From: an uncultured Gammaproteobacteria bacterium
Lineage (GTDB): Bacteria; Patescibacteriota; Patescibacteriia; UBA9934; CAMTUG01
Direction: 5' to 3'
DNA length: 64,000 bases
NCBI GenBank assembly: GCA_964588955.1
Contig: CAZPQJ010000002.1
Coordinates: forward strand, 58,078-122,077
The notes under the pieces were generated by a model that saw nothing but the letters and a program-made list of their open reading frames with translations, was not told where the DNA came from and made no database searches. The position numbers and the translations under genes were made by a program. Below, piece by piece: positions 1 through 8,787 of the stretch. The first letter of the stretch is position 1; every line of letters starts with the position of its first letter.

Positions 1-30
1 TGAAAGGCACACCAAAGAACACCAATTAAC

Positions 31-56
31 AACCCTTCGCGGGGTTATTTTGATTG
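31..56 (+). terminator. Hairpin plus T-rich tract (aaccc-ttcgcg-gggtt then attttgattgtg). Member of a recurring terminator family.
   Basis: Stem-loop read directly. The same shape recurs at 2193, 4047, 5509 and 7510. Confidence 0.45.
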
Positions 57-98
57 TGATACTGTCTATTTACGCGACCAGTCTTAATCGTTTTTTGT

Positions 99-347
99 AT
101 GAACAAAAACTATCTCCTTTGGATCATTGCTGGCTTGGTTGTGGCAGCGGCTGTTGTCTATGCCGTGATGATGAATGCGCCTGCTGAACCCGTAGAAAAT
201 ACACAGGATCCTGAGCAAGTCTTTTGCACCATGGAGGCCAAGCTGTGTCCGGATGGTTCCTACGTTGGGCGCTCCGGCCCGAACTGTGAATTTGACCCTT
301 GCCCTGGAACGTACCCAACACCCGCGCCGCTTCCGTCTGGCAGCTAA
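99..347 (+). CDS. Small secreted or membrane hypothetical protein (82 aa) with an N-terminal hydrophobic helix.
   Basis: ORF with N-terminal TM/signal segment LLWIIAGLVVAAAVVYAV and a Cys/Pro-rich tail. No recognisable family. Confidence 0.35.
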   Translation: MNKNYLLWIIAGLVVAAAVVYAVMMNAPAEPVENTQDPEQVFCTMEAKLCPDGSYVGRSGPNCEFDPCPGTYPTPAPLPSGS

Positions 348-652
348 TGCCTTAGCTGCATAACCACCGCCAAACAAACGAGCGCGAGCCCAAGGACAAA
401 AAGCGTTTTTTGTATAACAACGATTTTCCGCAACGCGAGCGTACGCAAGGACAAGGGTTTCATTTGTCTATTTGGTCTTGTTCTCACAAGCACTGCTGTT
501 CCAACACAAAGGCTGGCACCGAGCGCTCCGATCTCCCAGGCATCCCAAACACCTGGCGTGGAAAGTTCCCAAAACGTAAATGGCAATAAAAATCCACAAA
601 CAAATAACAGGAGCAAAGAAAGAGAAACGTGCAAAAAGTTTTTGTTAAACAT
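344..652 (-). CDS. Small membrane protein (~102 aa, start MFNKNFLHVSLSLLLLF), hypothetical.
   Basis: Two to three hydrophobic helices. The ATG overlaps the stop of the upstream minus-strand ORF (ttATGTTTAA), suggesting translational coupling. Confidence 0.3.
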   Translation of the reverse strand: MFNKNFLHVSLSLLLLFVCGFLLPFTFWELSTPGVWDAWEIGALGASLCVGTAVLVRTRPNRQMKPLSLRTLALRKIVVIQKTLFVLGLALVCLAVVMQLRH

Positions 653-1127
653 AATCGAAGAAACGTGACCAGGCCGATTTTTGTTCGCCATGGTAGTCAG
701 TCCATTTTTCGTAAAGCTGCTCTTCCCCAAGAAGGAGGTAGCCCGCCTGCGCACAGGCCGCACGAATAGAGGAAAGAACCTCTGGCGTTGGCTCCGTCTC
801 ATCCAGCGCCGATACGGCAGCGAGGTTACCGAAATTGCTAAAGCGCAAAGAGAGGCGCTCGTTTGGTGATGTCACATCCCAATGCCGCAAAACAATTTCC
901 GTGTGAAATGTGGCGTCTTGAATAGCACCCCACTGAATGAGCAGACACCCCCAATCTTGCGGCGCATCCTGTTCGGTGCCAACGGGACCGAAATCACGGG
1001 CGAGCATATCGAGAATACCGCAATTCCGGATATGCGCCGTTGCTTCCTCAAGAGAAAAATTGTTTGGACGTTCTCGACCAAGCCGATCAAGAACTTGCAA
1101 ATCCGTGAAGGTAGGTTGCGTAGACAT
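645..1127 (-). CDS. Hypothetical protein (160 aa).
   Basis: Clean ORF with balanced composition and no recognisable motif. Confidence 0.4.
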   Translation of the reverse strand: MSTQPTFTDLQVLDRLGRERPNNFSLEEATAHIRNCGILDMLARDFGPVGTEQDAPQDWGCLLIQWGAIQDATFHTEIVLRHWDVTSPNERLSLRFSNFGNLAAVSALDETEPTPEVLSSIRAACAQAGYLLLGEEQLYEKWTDYHGEQKSAWSRFFDYV

Positions 1128-1291
1128 AAAACGTTATTGTGCTCTTCGGGATTATTTTATTCCACAGAGTAGACGCCCCTTATCGTGGACAAGATACACA
1201 AGAGACTCTACAGGTGAATCAAGACTCAATCAAGGTGCACACAAAACCAGCTTTGCCTTTTTCCGCACCGTACTGCATTATACTTTCACCT

Positions 1292-2188
1292 ATGCATATC
1301 CTCATTATTACCGGCGGATCTTCTTCCGAACGAGAAATCTCCCTCATCTCCGCAGAGCATGTTCAACGAACGCTCAAGGCCAATGGCCACAGCGTAACCA
1401 TGTTTGATTTTCAAGAAGGCTATGACGCCCTTGGCAACATCCTTGAAACGTTCGATGTGGTCTTCCCGGTCATGCACGGCAAAGAAGGTGAAGATGGAAG
1501 GCTCTATCAATTTCTCGCTTCGGCCAATAAACCGTTTGTAGGGTCTGACCCCGCCGGCGCCAAGATTGCTTTCGACAAAGTTCTCTTCAAACGCTATTGT
1601 GACGAACATCGTATTCCCACAGCACCGTGGTCGCTTGTCACGAACGAGGAGGACATAGTGAAATTCGGATTTCCGTGTGTGCTTAAAGCTGCCAACGGCG
1701 GATCGTCGCACGAAGTTGCTCCCGTGATTACAAAAGAAGATCTGCAGACGGAGACGATTCAACGCATTTTGCATCTTCCGGACTCACACTTTGTGGAAAG
1801 CTACTTGCACGGAATTGAGATCACCGTTGGGGTGTTGTTGAACGAAGCACTTCCGGTGATTGAGATCACTCCTCCGGCTGGTGGTTGGTTTGACTATCAC
1901 CATAAATATTCTGGCAAAAGCCAAGAAACACCGTTCGCGCCATCGGTGCCGGCGGACGTGCAGCAACAAGCGCAGAAGCTTGCTTTACAGATTCATCAAC
2001 AACTTCACCTGCGCAGCTTTTCTCGTACGGATCTTATTGTGGTTGATGGCCTACCCTATGTGCTTGAAGTCAACACTCCCGGCGGCGTCGGATTGACTCC
2101 GGAAAGCCTTTTTCCAAAAGCGGCAAAAGCGGCCGGAACTTCTTTTGAGGCGTTCATCGAACAAATCATCACAGCAGCACTGTCGTGA
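1292..2188 (+). CDS. ddl: D-alanine--D-alanine ligase.
   Basis: MHILIITGGSSSEREISLIS... then HGKEGEDG, an ATP-grasp core and the C-terminal LEVNTPGG(V)GLT motif typical of Ddl. A TATACT box lies 7 nt upstream of the ATG. Confidence 0.9.
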   Translation: MHILIITGGSSSEREISLISAEHVQRTLKANGHSVTMFDFQEGYDALGNILETFDVVFPVMHGKEGEDGRLYQFLASANKPFVGSDPAGAKIAFDKVLFKRYCDEHRIPTAPWSLVTNEEDIVKFGFPCVLKAANGGSSHEVAPVITKEDLQTETIQRILHLPDSHFVESYLHGIEITVGVLLNEALPVIEITPPAGGWFDYHHKYSGKSQETPFAPSVPADVQQQAQKLALQIHQQLHLRSFSRTDLIVVDGLPYVLEVNTPGGVGLTPESLFPKAAKAAGTSFEAFIEQIITAALS

Positions 2189-2252
2189 CAAACCAACCCT
2201 TGGCGGGATTGTTTTGTTTCTGTCGACACGGTTATAGGCTATACTAAAAACA

Positions 2253-2939
2253 ATGAAAATACTTATGAAATACTTCTTGTCCCTCTTGCTCACTGCATCG
2301 ATCCTCACGCCGTTTGCCGCGAAAGCCGATATTGCTCCAGACGTAGGGTTCCATCGGGTCACCCAATGTGCCTTTATTGATAACCTCGCCGATTACCCGG
2401 ACTATGACGTCTACGCGACCCACAATTGGCGGTTCGGTCCTTCACTAATTTTGTCACAAAATCTACAGACACTTTCTGACGGTTGCGAAGACAGTGGCAC
2501 ACCTTTTTTTGCCGTCAAAAAATCAGACCAGGCAAAAATTCAGCATCAAAATGATCCAGGCCAGGAACGCGGAGATATTTGGAACGAACTTGCGATCAAC
2601 AAACCTTATCTCCTTGAAGCCACGACCACGGGAGCGCGGACAGACATTTCCAAAGAGACAGTTAATGGTGATCTGCCGGACACGAATCCAGCCGTGTGGT
2701 TTGTGGCGGTTTACCACATTGATACGCTAACAGACGCAAATTTCAACGTGCGACTTGTACGTGAAACCCGTTATGATGCGGACGGACAGCTGGTAAGTAG
2801 CACGACAGTTTCAGGCGACGATGATGTTAACGAAAAGACTGCGGCTTCTTGGTTTGAAGATGAACGACTCCCCTGGATTGTCCTAATCGGCGTCGGCATT
2901 ATTCTTCTTGCCGTCGCGGTAAGATCGAAAAAGAAGTAA
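2253..2939 (+). CDS. Secreted protein with an N-terminal signal peptide and a C-terminal TM anchor plus KKK tail. Hypothetical.
   Basis: Signal peptide MKILMKYFLSLLLTASILTPFAAKA. C-terminal LPWIVLIGVGIILLAVAVRSKKK. Confidence 0.55.
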   Translation: MKILMKYFLSLLLTASILTPFAAKADIAPDVGFHRVTQCAFIDNLADYPDYDVYATHNWRFGPSLILSQNLQTLSDGCEDSGTPFFAVKKSDQAKIQHQNDPGQERGDIWNELAINKPYLLEATTTGARTDISKETVNGDLPDTNPAVWFVAVYHIDTLTDANFNVRLVRETRYDADGQLVSSTTVSGDDDVNEKTAASWFEDERLPWIVLIGVGIILLAVAVRSKKK

Positions 2940-2942
2940 TTT

Positions 2943-3671
2943 ATGAAACGCGCCATCCTTGCGAGCCTTGCTGTCGCTATCATCGCCACCGGAGTTGCCG
3001 GATTGTTGCTTATGCGTTCGCGACGTTCCAACGACATACCACCTGTTACAACAACTACCCAAGCAACGGAAGAAACCACGGGTATCATGGACTTGGTGTT
3101 GCGCTCACCCGTCATTATCCCGTCGTCAATCGAGGGCATGACGTTCGACATGAACGCAGACGGAGAGGACGACGTCCAAGTAGCCTTCTACAACCTCGAC
3201 GTTGACGGGAAAACCAGAAGCGGATTCCGCATCTACGATGTTGATGGGGGGCTACTTTACGAAAACCAATCCTCTGTTTGGAACGTTTTCCACACCCGAT
3301 GGTCAAATGCTTATCTCGTTGACCTCGGTCAAGATAGCAACCAGGAGCTGGTGCTCACAGGAACACAAGATGGGACAGGTGCCTATTATGACCAGGAAAT
3401 CTTTGCCTTTCTGAGTCATGTCGGTTTCCAAAAAATAGAAGCGGTGGCATCAAAAACAAACGAGGAACTCACTCAAACGTTTCTTGAACCCAACGAACGA
3501 TTAGGCAACGGCTGGATTGGGTCGGATGGACTAGGACATCGAGCCGTTTGCGCGGACGCATACTGCGCAGCTCGTCAATCGGCCCCAAACGCGGTCGGCG
3601 AAATCATCAACACGTACACCTTTGAAGGAATGCAGTATGTGGAAACGGGCTATCAGCGTGTAGACGATTAG
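2943..3671 (+). CDS. N-terminally membrane-anchored hypothetical protein (242 aa).
   Basis: TM helix ILASLAVAIIATGVAGLLL followed by a Thr-rich linker and a globular domain. Confidence 0.5.
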   Translation: MKRAILASLAVAIIATGVAGLLLMRSRRSNDIPPVTTTTQATEETTGIMDLVLRSPVIIPSSIEGMTFDMNADGEDDVQVAFYNLDVDGKTRSGFRIYDVDGGLLYENQSSVWNVFHTRWSNAYLVDLGQDSNQELVLTGTQDGTGAYYDQEIFAFLSHVGFQKIEAVASKTNEELTQTFLEPNERLGNGWIGSDGLGHRAVCADAYCAARQSAPNAVGEIINTYTFEGMQYVETGYQRVDD

Positions 3672-3686
3672 CCCAAGAGCCCTCTT

Positions 3687-3998
3687 ATGGTTTCAGAAGA
3701 GTTTGCTCTCCTCGCTCTCACCGTCGTTTTTGAGTTCTCGATCGCCCTTCTCATTCTTCGCAAAGAGCGCTGGCAAAAAATTGCACTGGTCGTTGTGGGA
3801 ATCAACATGATTACGCATCCAATTGTTTGGTGGCTACTCTACTATCATCAAACGAACTGGTTTCTAACCGAAGGAAGCGTGGCGCTTCTCGAAGGAACTA
3901 TTTTGGCAATTCTCTTTAAAAAACGAAGATGGCCGGCGCTTTGCGCAGGCATCCTCATGAACCTCGTGACGGCTACCATTGGCTACGTCTTTTTTTAA
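3687..3998 (+). CDS. Small integral membrane protein (103 aa).
   Basis: Three predicted TM helices. Confidence 0.5.
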   Translation: MVSEEFALLALTVVFEFSIALLILRKERWQKIALVVVGINMITHPIVWWLLYYHQTNWFLTEGSVALLEGTILAILFKKRRWPALCAGILMNLVTATIGYVFF

Positions 3999-4046
3999 CT
4001 GCAAAAAATTTGAAAACGCGGTCAGGGGGGATGTATCACTGTGACC

Positions 4047-4078
4047 ACAACCCTCCGCGGGGTTGTTTTGTTTTTGCA
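4047..4078 (+). terminator. Intrinsic terminator (caaccc-tccgcg-gggttg followed by ttttgttttt).
   Basis: Perfect 6-bp GC-rich stem plus T-run. Member of the same family as 31-56. Confidence 0.5.
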
Positions 4079-4126
4079 TTGTGTGGCGTTTCCGAAGATG
4101 CTATTCTCAGAATAGAAGAGGTGCTC

Positions 4127-4393
4127 ATGCTCACGTGGGAACAAATTCGTAGGATCGAAGCGCGGAAACGCGACCTCGAGGCATATGATGGCTGTATTCT
4201 GTGCCCGAGCGGTGTCCGTCGGTACGGTGGTCCGCCTCTCAAGATCGCGCCGATGTATCCGTCGCGTGATGCAGACGGCCACGCCTTCGCCAACTCCGAA
4301 CCCCCTGGTACGGTCGTCCTCGACACCACAGACCCCGACAACCCGCGGGTCTCCCTCCGCCACGACGACGACCCCAAGCGCGACCCGTTCTAG
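4127..4393 (+). CDS. Hypothetical protein (88 aa) in a short GC-rich patch.
   Basis: ORF beginning MLTWEQIRRIEARKRDLEAY. Local GC is raised. An antisense ORF (4022-4432) competes with it. Confidence 0.25.
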   Translation: MLTWEQIRRIEARKRDLEAYDGCILCPSGVRRYGGPPLKIAPMYPSRDADGHAFANSEPPGTVVLDTTDPDNPRVSLRHDDDPKRDPF

Positions 4394-4506
4394 AGCCAAC
4401 CGGCTCGCAACCTCTCCCCCTAGAGCCTTCACGCCACGCGTGCGGGCTCGCTACTTTTTTGAGAAGGCTTCTCTTTTCGCCACAGATCGCTTAAGATCCA
4501 GAGCGT

Positions 4507-5505
4507 ATGGACACCCTACGCAATACACTTAATGAAACGCAAGCTCGAGCGAAACTTGCTCAAGAAACCGCGCCGCGAAGGACGCTGTCGTTTTATCGCT
4601 ATGTGCCCTTGGAGGATCCGCGCGGTTTGCGAGATGAACTCTTCAAAGCCTGGAGCGAACTTGGGGTGCTCGGACGAGTTTATGTAGCGCATGAAGGAAT
4701 CAATGCGCAGATCAATCTTCCAGAACCAAACGTAGAAGCGTTCAAGAAACACCTTGATGGCATTGCCGCCTTTGCCAGCGTGCCATTCAAATTTGCCATT
4801 GAAGAACCAACACTTTCTTTTTGGAAGTTAATCATAAAAGTGCGCAAGCAAATCGTTGCCGACAACCTCCCTGCCGGCACGTATGATATTAGCAACGTTG
4901 GCAATCACCTGGACGCCAAGGCGTTTAACGAAGAGGTGGCCAACGGCGCCGTCGTCGTCGACATGCGTAACAAATACGAGAGCGACATTGGTAAATTTGA
5001 AACGGCGATCACACCACGTTCACAAACCTTCGGCAACGAACTCAAAGAAGTGGTCGAACTGTTAAAAGATAAAAAAGAAGAAAAGATCTTACTCTACTGC
5101 ACCGGTGGCATTCGTTGCGAAAAAGCCAGCGCCTTTTTGAAACACGAAGGGTTTTCTGACGTCAATCAACTCTACGGCGGAGTCATTCAGTACAAGCATG
5201 ATGTTGAGCGGGAAGGCTTAGAAAGCAAATTCAAAGGAAAGAACTTTGTCTTTGATGCCCGCATGGCCGAAGCGGTCACGAAAGACGTTCTTGGCAAATG
5301 CTACACCTGCAAAGCTCCAGCCGACGCGTACGACAACTGCAAAAGCGACTTGTGCCACGCCTTGTTCATTCAGTGCGACACCTGCCGCGAACAGACGCTT
5401 GGCACCTGTTCAGCCGCCTGCCGAAAGATCGCCGCACTCCCCGAAGAGGAGCGGCGCATCATCCGCAAGAATCGTAAAGCAACATTCAACGTCCTGACCT
5501 CCTAA
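4507..5505 (+). CDS. trhO: Rhodanese-domain tRNA uridine(34) hydroxylase (TrhO/YceA, UPF0176).
   Basis: N-terminal SFYRYVPLEDP, a rhodanese active-site loop LLYCTGGIRCEKAS, and a C-terminal Cys cluster. Confidence 0.8.
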   Translation: MDTLRNTLNETQARAKLAQETAPRRTLSFYRYVPLEDPRGLRDELFKAWSELGVLGRVYVAHEGINAQINLPEPNVEAFKKHLDGIAAFASVPFKFAIEEPTLSFWKLIIKVRKQIVADNLPAGTYDISNVGNHLDAKAFNEEVANGAVVVDMRNKYESDIGKFETAITPRSQTFGNELKEVVELLKDKKEEKILLYCTGGIRCEKASAFLKHEGFSDVNQLYGGVIQYKHDVEREGLESKFKGKNFVFDARMAEAVTKDVLGKCYTCKAPADAYDNCKSDLCHALFIQCDTCREQTLGTCSAACRKIAALPEEERRIIRKNRKATFNVLTS

Positions 5506-5508
5506 GCA

Positions 5509-5540
5509 AAACCTCCCCTTCGCGGGGTTGTTTTGTTTGT
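5509..5540 (+). terminator. Intrinsic terminator (cccc-ttcgc-gggg then ttgttttgtttgtg).
   Basis: Same family. It shares the downstream gtgctaggat motif with the copy at 7510. Confidence 0.5.
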
Positions 5541-5585
5541 GCTAGGATTATTTCGTATGATTTTACGTGGAACAACTATCGAACA

Positions 5586-6008
5586 ATGGTTACGGGCGGT
5601 GAAATAGGCATTGTCCCCTTTCAGGCAACAAACATTCGGCCAGCAAGCTACGTGTTTACGCTCGGGACAAAACTTCGCATCCCTAAAACAGTCTCCGTGG
5701 TGTCCGTCGAGACAGGGATTGCCTACGATGAAGTCGAGATACCAGCCGACGGATATATTTTACAACCTAATCAATTTGTCCTCGGCTTTACGCGTGAAGC
5801 GCTAACGCTCAACGGCAAGTTCGCTTGCTTGCTCAACGCCCGCGCCTCCTGCGCCCAAGTCGGACTCGATACGTTGCTAAGTTCAACCTTGGCCGAACCA
5901 GACACTGACGGCATCATGATCATCGAAATGCACAACGCGAGCGCGAGTCCCATCCTACTCACCCCCGGCATGGGCATTGCCAAAGGTGTTTTTTATCGCT
6001 TGGAATAA
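5586..6008 (+). CDS. dCTP deaminase/dUTPase-fold protein (short Dcd-like).
   Basis: 140 aa with a beta-rich dUTPase-like sequence (…GIAYDEVEIPADGYILQPNQFVLGFT… GIMIIEMHNAS…). Confidence 0.6.
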   Translation: MVTGGEIGIVPFQATNIRPASYVFTLGTKLRIPKTVSVVSVETGIAYDEVEIPADGYILQPNQFVLGFTREALTLNGKFACLLNARASCAQVGLDTLLSSTLAEPDTDGIMIIEMHNASASPILLTPGMGIAKGVFYRLE

Positions 6009-6012
6009 ACGT

Positions 6013-6252
6013 ATGTCCGCCTGGTCAATTTACATGGTTCGCTGTGCCGACGGGAGTTTGTATACCGGCATCTCGACAAATGTCGAAGAACGGATCAAAC
6101 GCCACAATGCCGGCAAAGGTTCGGCCTATACCCGCAGCCATCGTCCGGTGGAACTTGTTTGGACCAAGCGTGCCGCCTCGGAATCCGCCGCCCGCAAACA
6201 GGAAGCAAAAATCAAACGCCTCCGCAAAGCAGAAAAAGAAGATCTCCTATGA
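6013..6252 (+). CDS. GIY-YIG nuclease-domain protein (UPF0213, YhbQ-like).
   Basis: WSIYMVRCADGSLYTGISTNVEERIKRHN matches the GIY-YIG signature. Confidence 0.75.
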   Translation: MSAWSIYMVRCADGSLYTGISTNVEERIKRHNAGKGSAYTRSHRPVELVWTKRAASESAARKQEAKIKRLRKAEKEDLL

Positions 6253-7100
6253 AAATTATCTCTCTGAATTGTTACTTCGGCAACGTTTTTGAGCCACTCA
6301 TGGACTTTCTCACCCACGAAGCTCCTACCACCGACGTTTTTTGTTTGCAGGAAATTGTTAGCAACCCCAAAGAAGACGCGCACTTTTCCGGCCGCCAAGG
6401 CCGAGCTAATTTGCTCCAAGAATTGGTGCGTCGCCTTCCTGGCTTCGACTATCATTTTGCTCCCATGCAATACGACTTCGATACCACCCCCGACTACCCT
6501 CAACAAACTACGCTCGGTGTCGTCATCTTTTTCAAAAAGACTCTACCTGTTTCTGAACGCGGAGATTTCATGATTTACAACAGTCTTAATAGTTATCACG
6601 GACAAAAAGACTGGGAGACGCTTGGCCACACCGCCGTCTATGTATGTGTCGATGGTACGACCCCGTTGACGATTGTCACCCTACACGGTAACTCCCAACC
6701 AGCAGATAAACGCGATAGCCCCAAACGCCTGGAACAATCACAAAAGATTCTCAACTTTTTGGCTCCGCGAGACGGAGAAAAAATCGTCATCGGCGACTTT
6801 AATCTGTACCCAGACACCGAAAGTATTCGTCTGTTCGAAAAGGCAGGATTCCGCAACCTCGTAACGGAACACGGCATTACCTCGACGCGCGGTTCTCACA
6901 TGCACGTCCTTTTTCCGGAATACGAGAATGGTCCATACGGCTTTCAAGAATTCGCCGACTACGCCTTCACTTCCCCAGGTATCAACGTGGACGCTTTCAC
7001 AGTACCCGATGTCCCTGTGAGCGATCATCTCCCAATAATCCTCGATTGTACATACGAAAAAACAAGAAAAGTCGATGACAACGTCGGTCCTTTTTGTTAA
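6249..7100 (+). CDS. Endonuclease/exonuclease/phosphatase (EEP) family protein.
   Basis: MKIISLNCYFG…CLQEI…IGDFNLYPDT…VSDHLPI are the conserved EEP motifs. There is a 4-nt overlap (ATGA) with the upstream gene. Confidence 0.75.
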   Translation: MKIISLNCYFGNVFEPLMDFLTHEAPTTDVFCLQEIVSNPKEDAHFSGRQGRANLLQELVRRLPGFDYHFAPMQYDFDTTPDYPQQTTLGVVIFFKKTLPVSERGDFMIYNSLNSYHGQKDWETLGHTAVYVCVDGTTPLTIVTLHGNSQPADKRDSPKRLEQSQKILNFLAPRDGEKIVIGDFNLYPDTESIRLFEKAGFRNLVTEHGITSTRGSHMHVLFPEYENGPYGFQEFADYAFTSPGINVDAFTVPDVPVSDHLPIILDCTYEKTRKVDDNVGPFC

Positions 7101-7132
7101 ACTGTAAACAATTATTCTTTGTCCCCCTTTTT

Positions 7133-7408
7133 ATGAACCGCATCAACGCACACGAAGTGGGTATGGTGTTCGGTGGACTAATGGCCATTTGGCACGCTAT
7201 GTGGGCCGTGCTGGTGGCGCTTGGAATTGCCCAGGCATTTATGACCTGGATCTTTGGACTGCACTTTATTAATATGCAGTTCAGTATTAATCCTTTTTCG
7301 TTAGGAAATGCTGTCTTGCTTGTGATCGTTACCGGAGTGATTGGATACGTAATGGGATTCATCCTCGGCTGGTTGTGGAACATGGCACACCGCCGCGCTC
7401 ATCAATAA
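7133..7408 (+). CDS. Small membrane protein (two TM helices), hypothetical. The start could be 7094.
   Basis: Hydrophobic helices MVFGGLMAIWHAMWAVLVALGIA and AVLLVIVTGVIGYVMGFILGWLW. Confidence 0.45.
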   Translation: MNRINAHEVGMVFGGLMAIWHAMWAVLVALGIAQAFMTWIFGLHFINMQFSINPFSLGNAVLLVIVTGVIGYVMGFILGWLWNMAHRRAHQ

Positions 7409-7509
7409 AAATTAGAAAAAATTAGTAACTTTTTTATGGCCAAAGGAAACAACGCTCAACAGAAAAACAAGAAAAAGCCGAAGCAGAATAAAAAGAAATA
7501 GCTTCTGCG

Positions 7510-7540
7510 GCGCCCCCATCGCGGGGGCGTTTTGGTTGTG
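7510..7540 (+). terminator. Strong intrinsic terminator (cgccccc-atcgc-gggggcg then ttttggttgtg).
   Basis: 7-bp GC stem plus T tract. Confidence 0.6.
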
Positions 7541-7567
7541 CTAGGATGTGCGCAAACACAAAACCTT

Positions 7568-8119
7568 ATGCAACTCATTTTCCTTTATGGACCCCCGGCG
7601 GTGGGCAAACTCACCGTAGCCACGGCACTGGCACAGGCAACCGGATTCCCCCTGGCTGATCTTCACACAATTGTTAATCCAATCGCCCGAGTGTTTGGTT
7701 GGGATCATCCAGAACGGGTGCGCCTGGGTTCACAATTTCGTCTAGAGCTATTTCATGCCGCGGCAAAGGAGGGTATTAGTCTCATCACCACGTTCGGCGG
7801 CGGCGGAGAATACTACGACGAATTTATTCAAAAAGCCAAAGCCGTAGTGGAAGCGGAGGGTGGTACGGTCATTTTTGTACGCCTGATGGCTCCCGTAGCC
7901 GTTCTGCTCACACGCGTGCAAGGAATGTCGCGGGCGGCGCATGAAAAAATGACCGCTCCGGAGGCAATCGAAACACTATTAGAAAAACGCCCAGACATTC
8001 TTGCCCGCGCCCGCATTGACGAACATCTCGAAATCGACAGCTCCACGCATACGCCTGAAGAGATGGTCAAAATGATCATGACGTACTACCATCTGCCTAC
8101 CGCTACTCATTCACCGTAA
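7568..8119 (+). CDS. P-loop NTPase, putative small-molecule or nucleotide kinase (AAA_33 / chloramphenicol-phosphotransferase-like).
   Basis: Walker A LIFLYGPPAVGKLT at the N-terminus. Size is ~180 aa. Confidence 0.55.
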   Translation: MQLIFLYGPPAVGKLTVATALAQATGFPLADLHTIVNPIARVFGWDHPERVRLGSQFRLELFHAAAKEGISLITTFGGGGEYYDEFIQKAKAVVEAEGGTVIFVRLMAPVAVLLTRVQGMSRAAHEKMTAPEAIETLLEKRPDILARARIDEHLEIDSSTHTPEEMVKMIMTYYHLPTATHSP

Positions 8120-8128
8120 TACACATCT

Positions 8129-8764
8129 ATGATGAACTCCATCCACGACGCTTTATACTGGCGCTATGCCGTGAAAGAATTCGATTCCACTGCCAAACTC
8201 ACCAATGAAGAACGCGACACCATCCTTGAAGCTATTCGTTTGGCACCCACATCCTACGGTTTGCAACCATTTCGCGTAGTTGTTGTCACCAACCCAGATG
8301 TACGCACCAAACTGCGCGCCGTTTCTTTTGATCAATCAAAAGTAACCGACGCGGACACCTTCCTTGTGTTCTGCGCCCGCACCAACGTATCACCGGCAGA
8401 TACCCAGGAATACATCGACCGCACGATGGCCGTACGCGGCGTTGATGCGGCTTCGCTCGAGGGATTCAAAGGAATGATCAATGGAACAATTGCGAGCATG
8501 AATCAAGAACAATCAGAAGCTTGGGCCGCGCGACAAGCCTATATTGCCCTGGGATTTGGCCTTGAAACGGCAGCGATCATTGGCGTGGACGCCTGCCCGA
8601 TGGAAGGATTTGATGCCGCGCAATACAACGAGATTCTTGGACTCTCGGTACAAGGACTTTCCGCCAAGGCCGCCATGGCCATTGGTCGCCGCAACCCCAC
8701 AGACGCTTATGCAACGTACAAAAAAGTTCGCTTAAGTGACGAGGCTATGTTCCTGCGCGCGTAA
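8129..8764 (+). CDS. NAD(P)H nitroreductase family protein.
   Basis: DALYWRYAVKEFD…LAPTSYGLQPFRVVVV…FGLETAAIIGVDACPMEGFD is a typical NfsB/NfnB-type signature. Confidence 0.85.
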   Translation: MMNSIHDALYWRYAVKEFDSTAKLTNEERDTILEAIRLAPTSYGLQPFRVVVVTNPDVRTKLRAVSFDQSKVTDADTFLVFCARTNVSPADTQEYIDRTMAVRGVDAASLEGFKGMINGTIASMNQEQSEAWAARQAYIALGFGLETAAIIGVDACPMEGFDAAQYNEILGLSVQGLSAKAAMAIGRRNPTDAYATYKKVRLSDEAMFLRA

Positions 8765-8787
8765 CTTACCTGACGGCACAGGACGCT

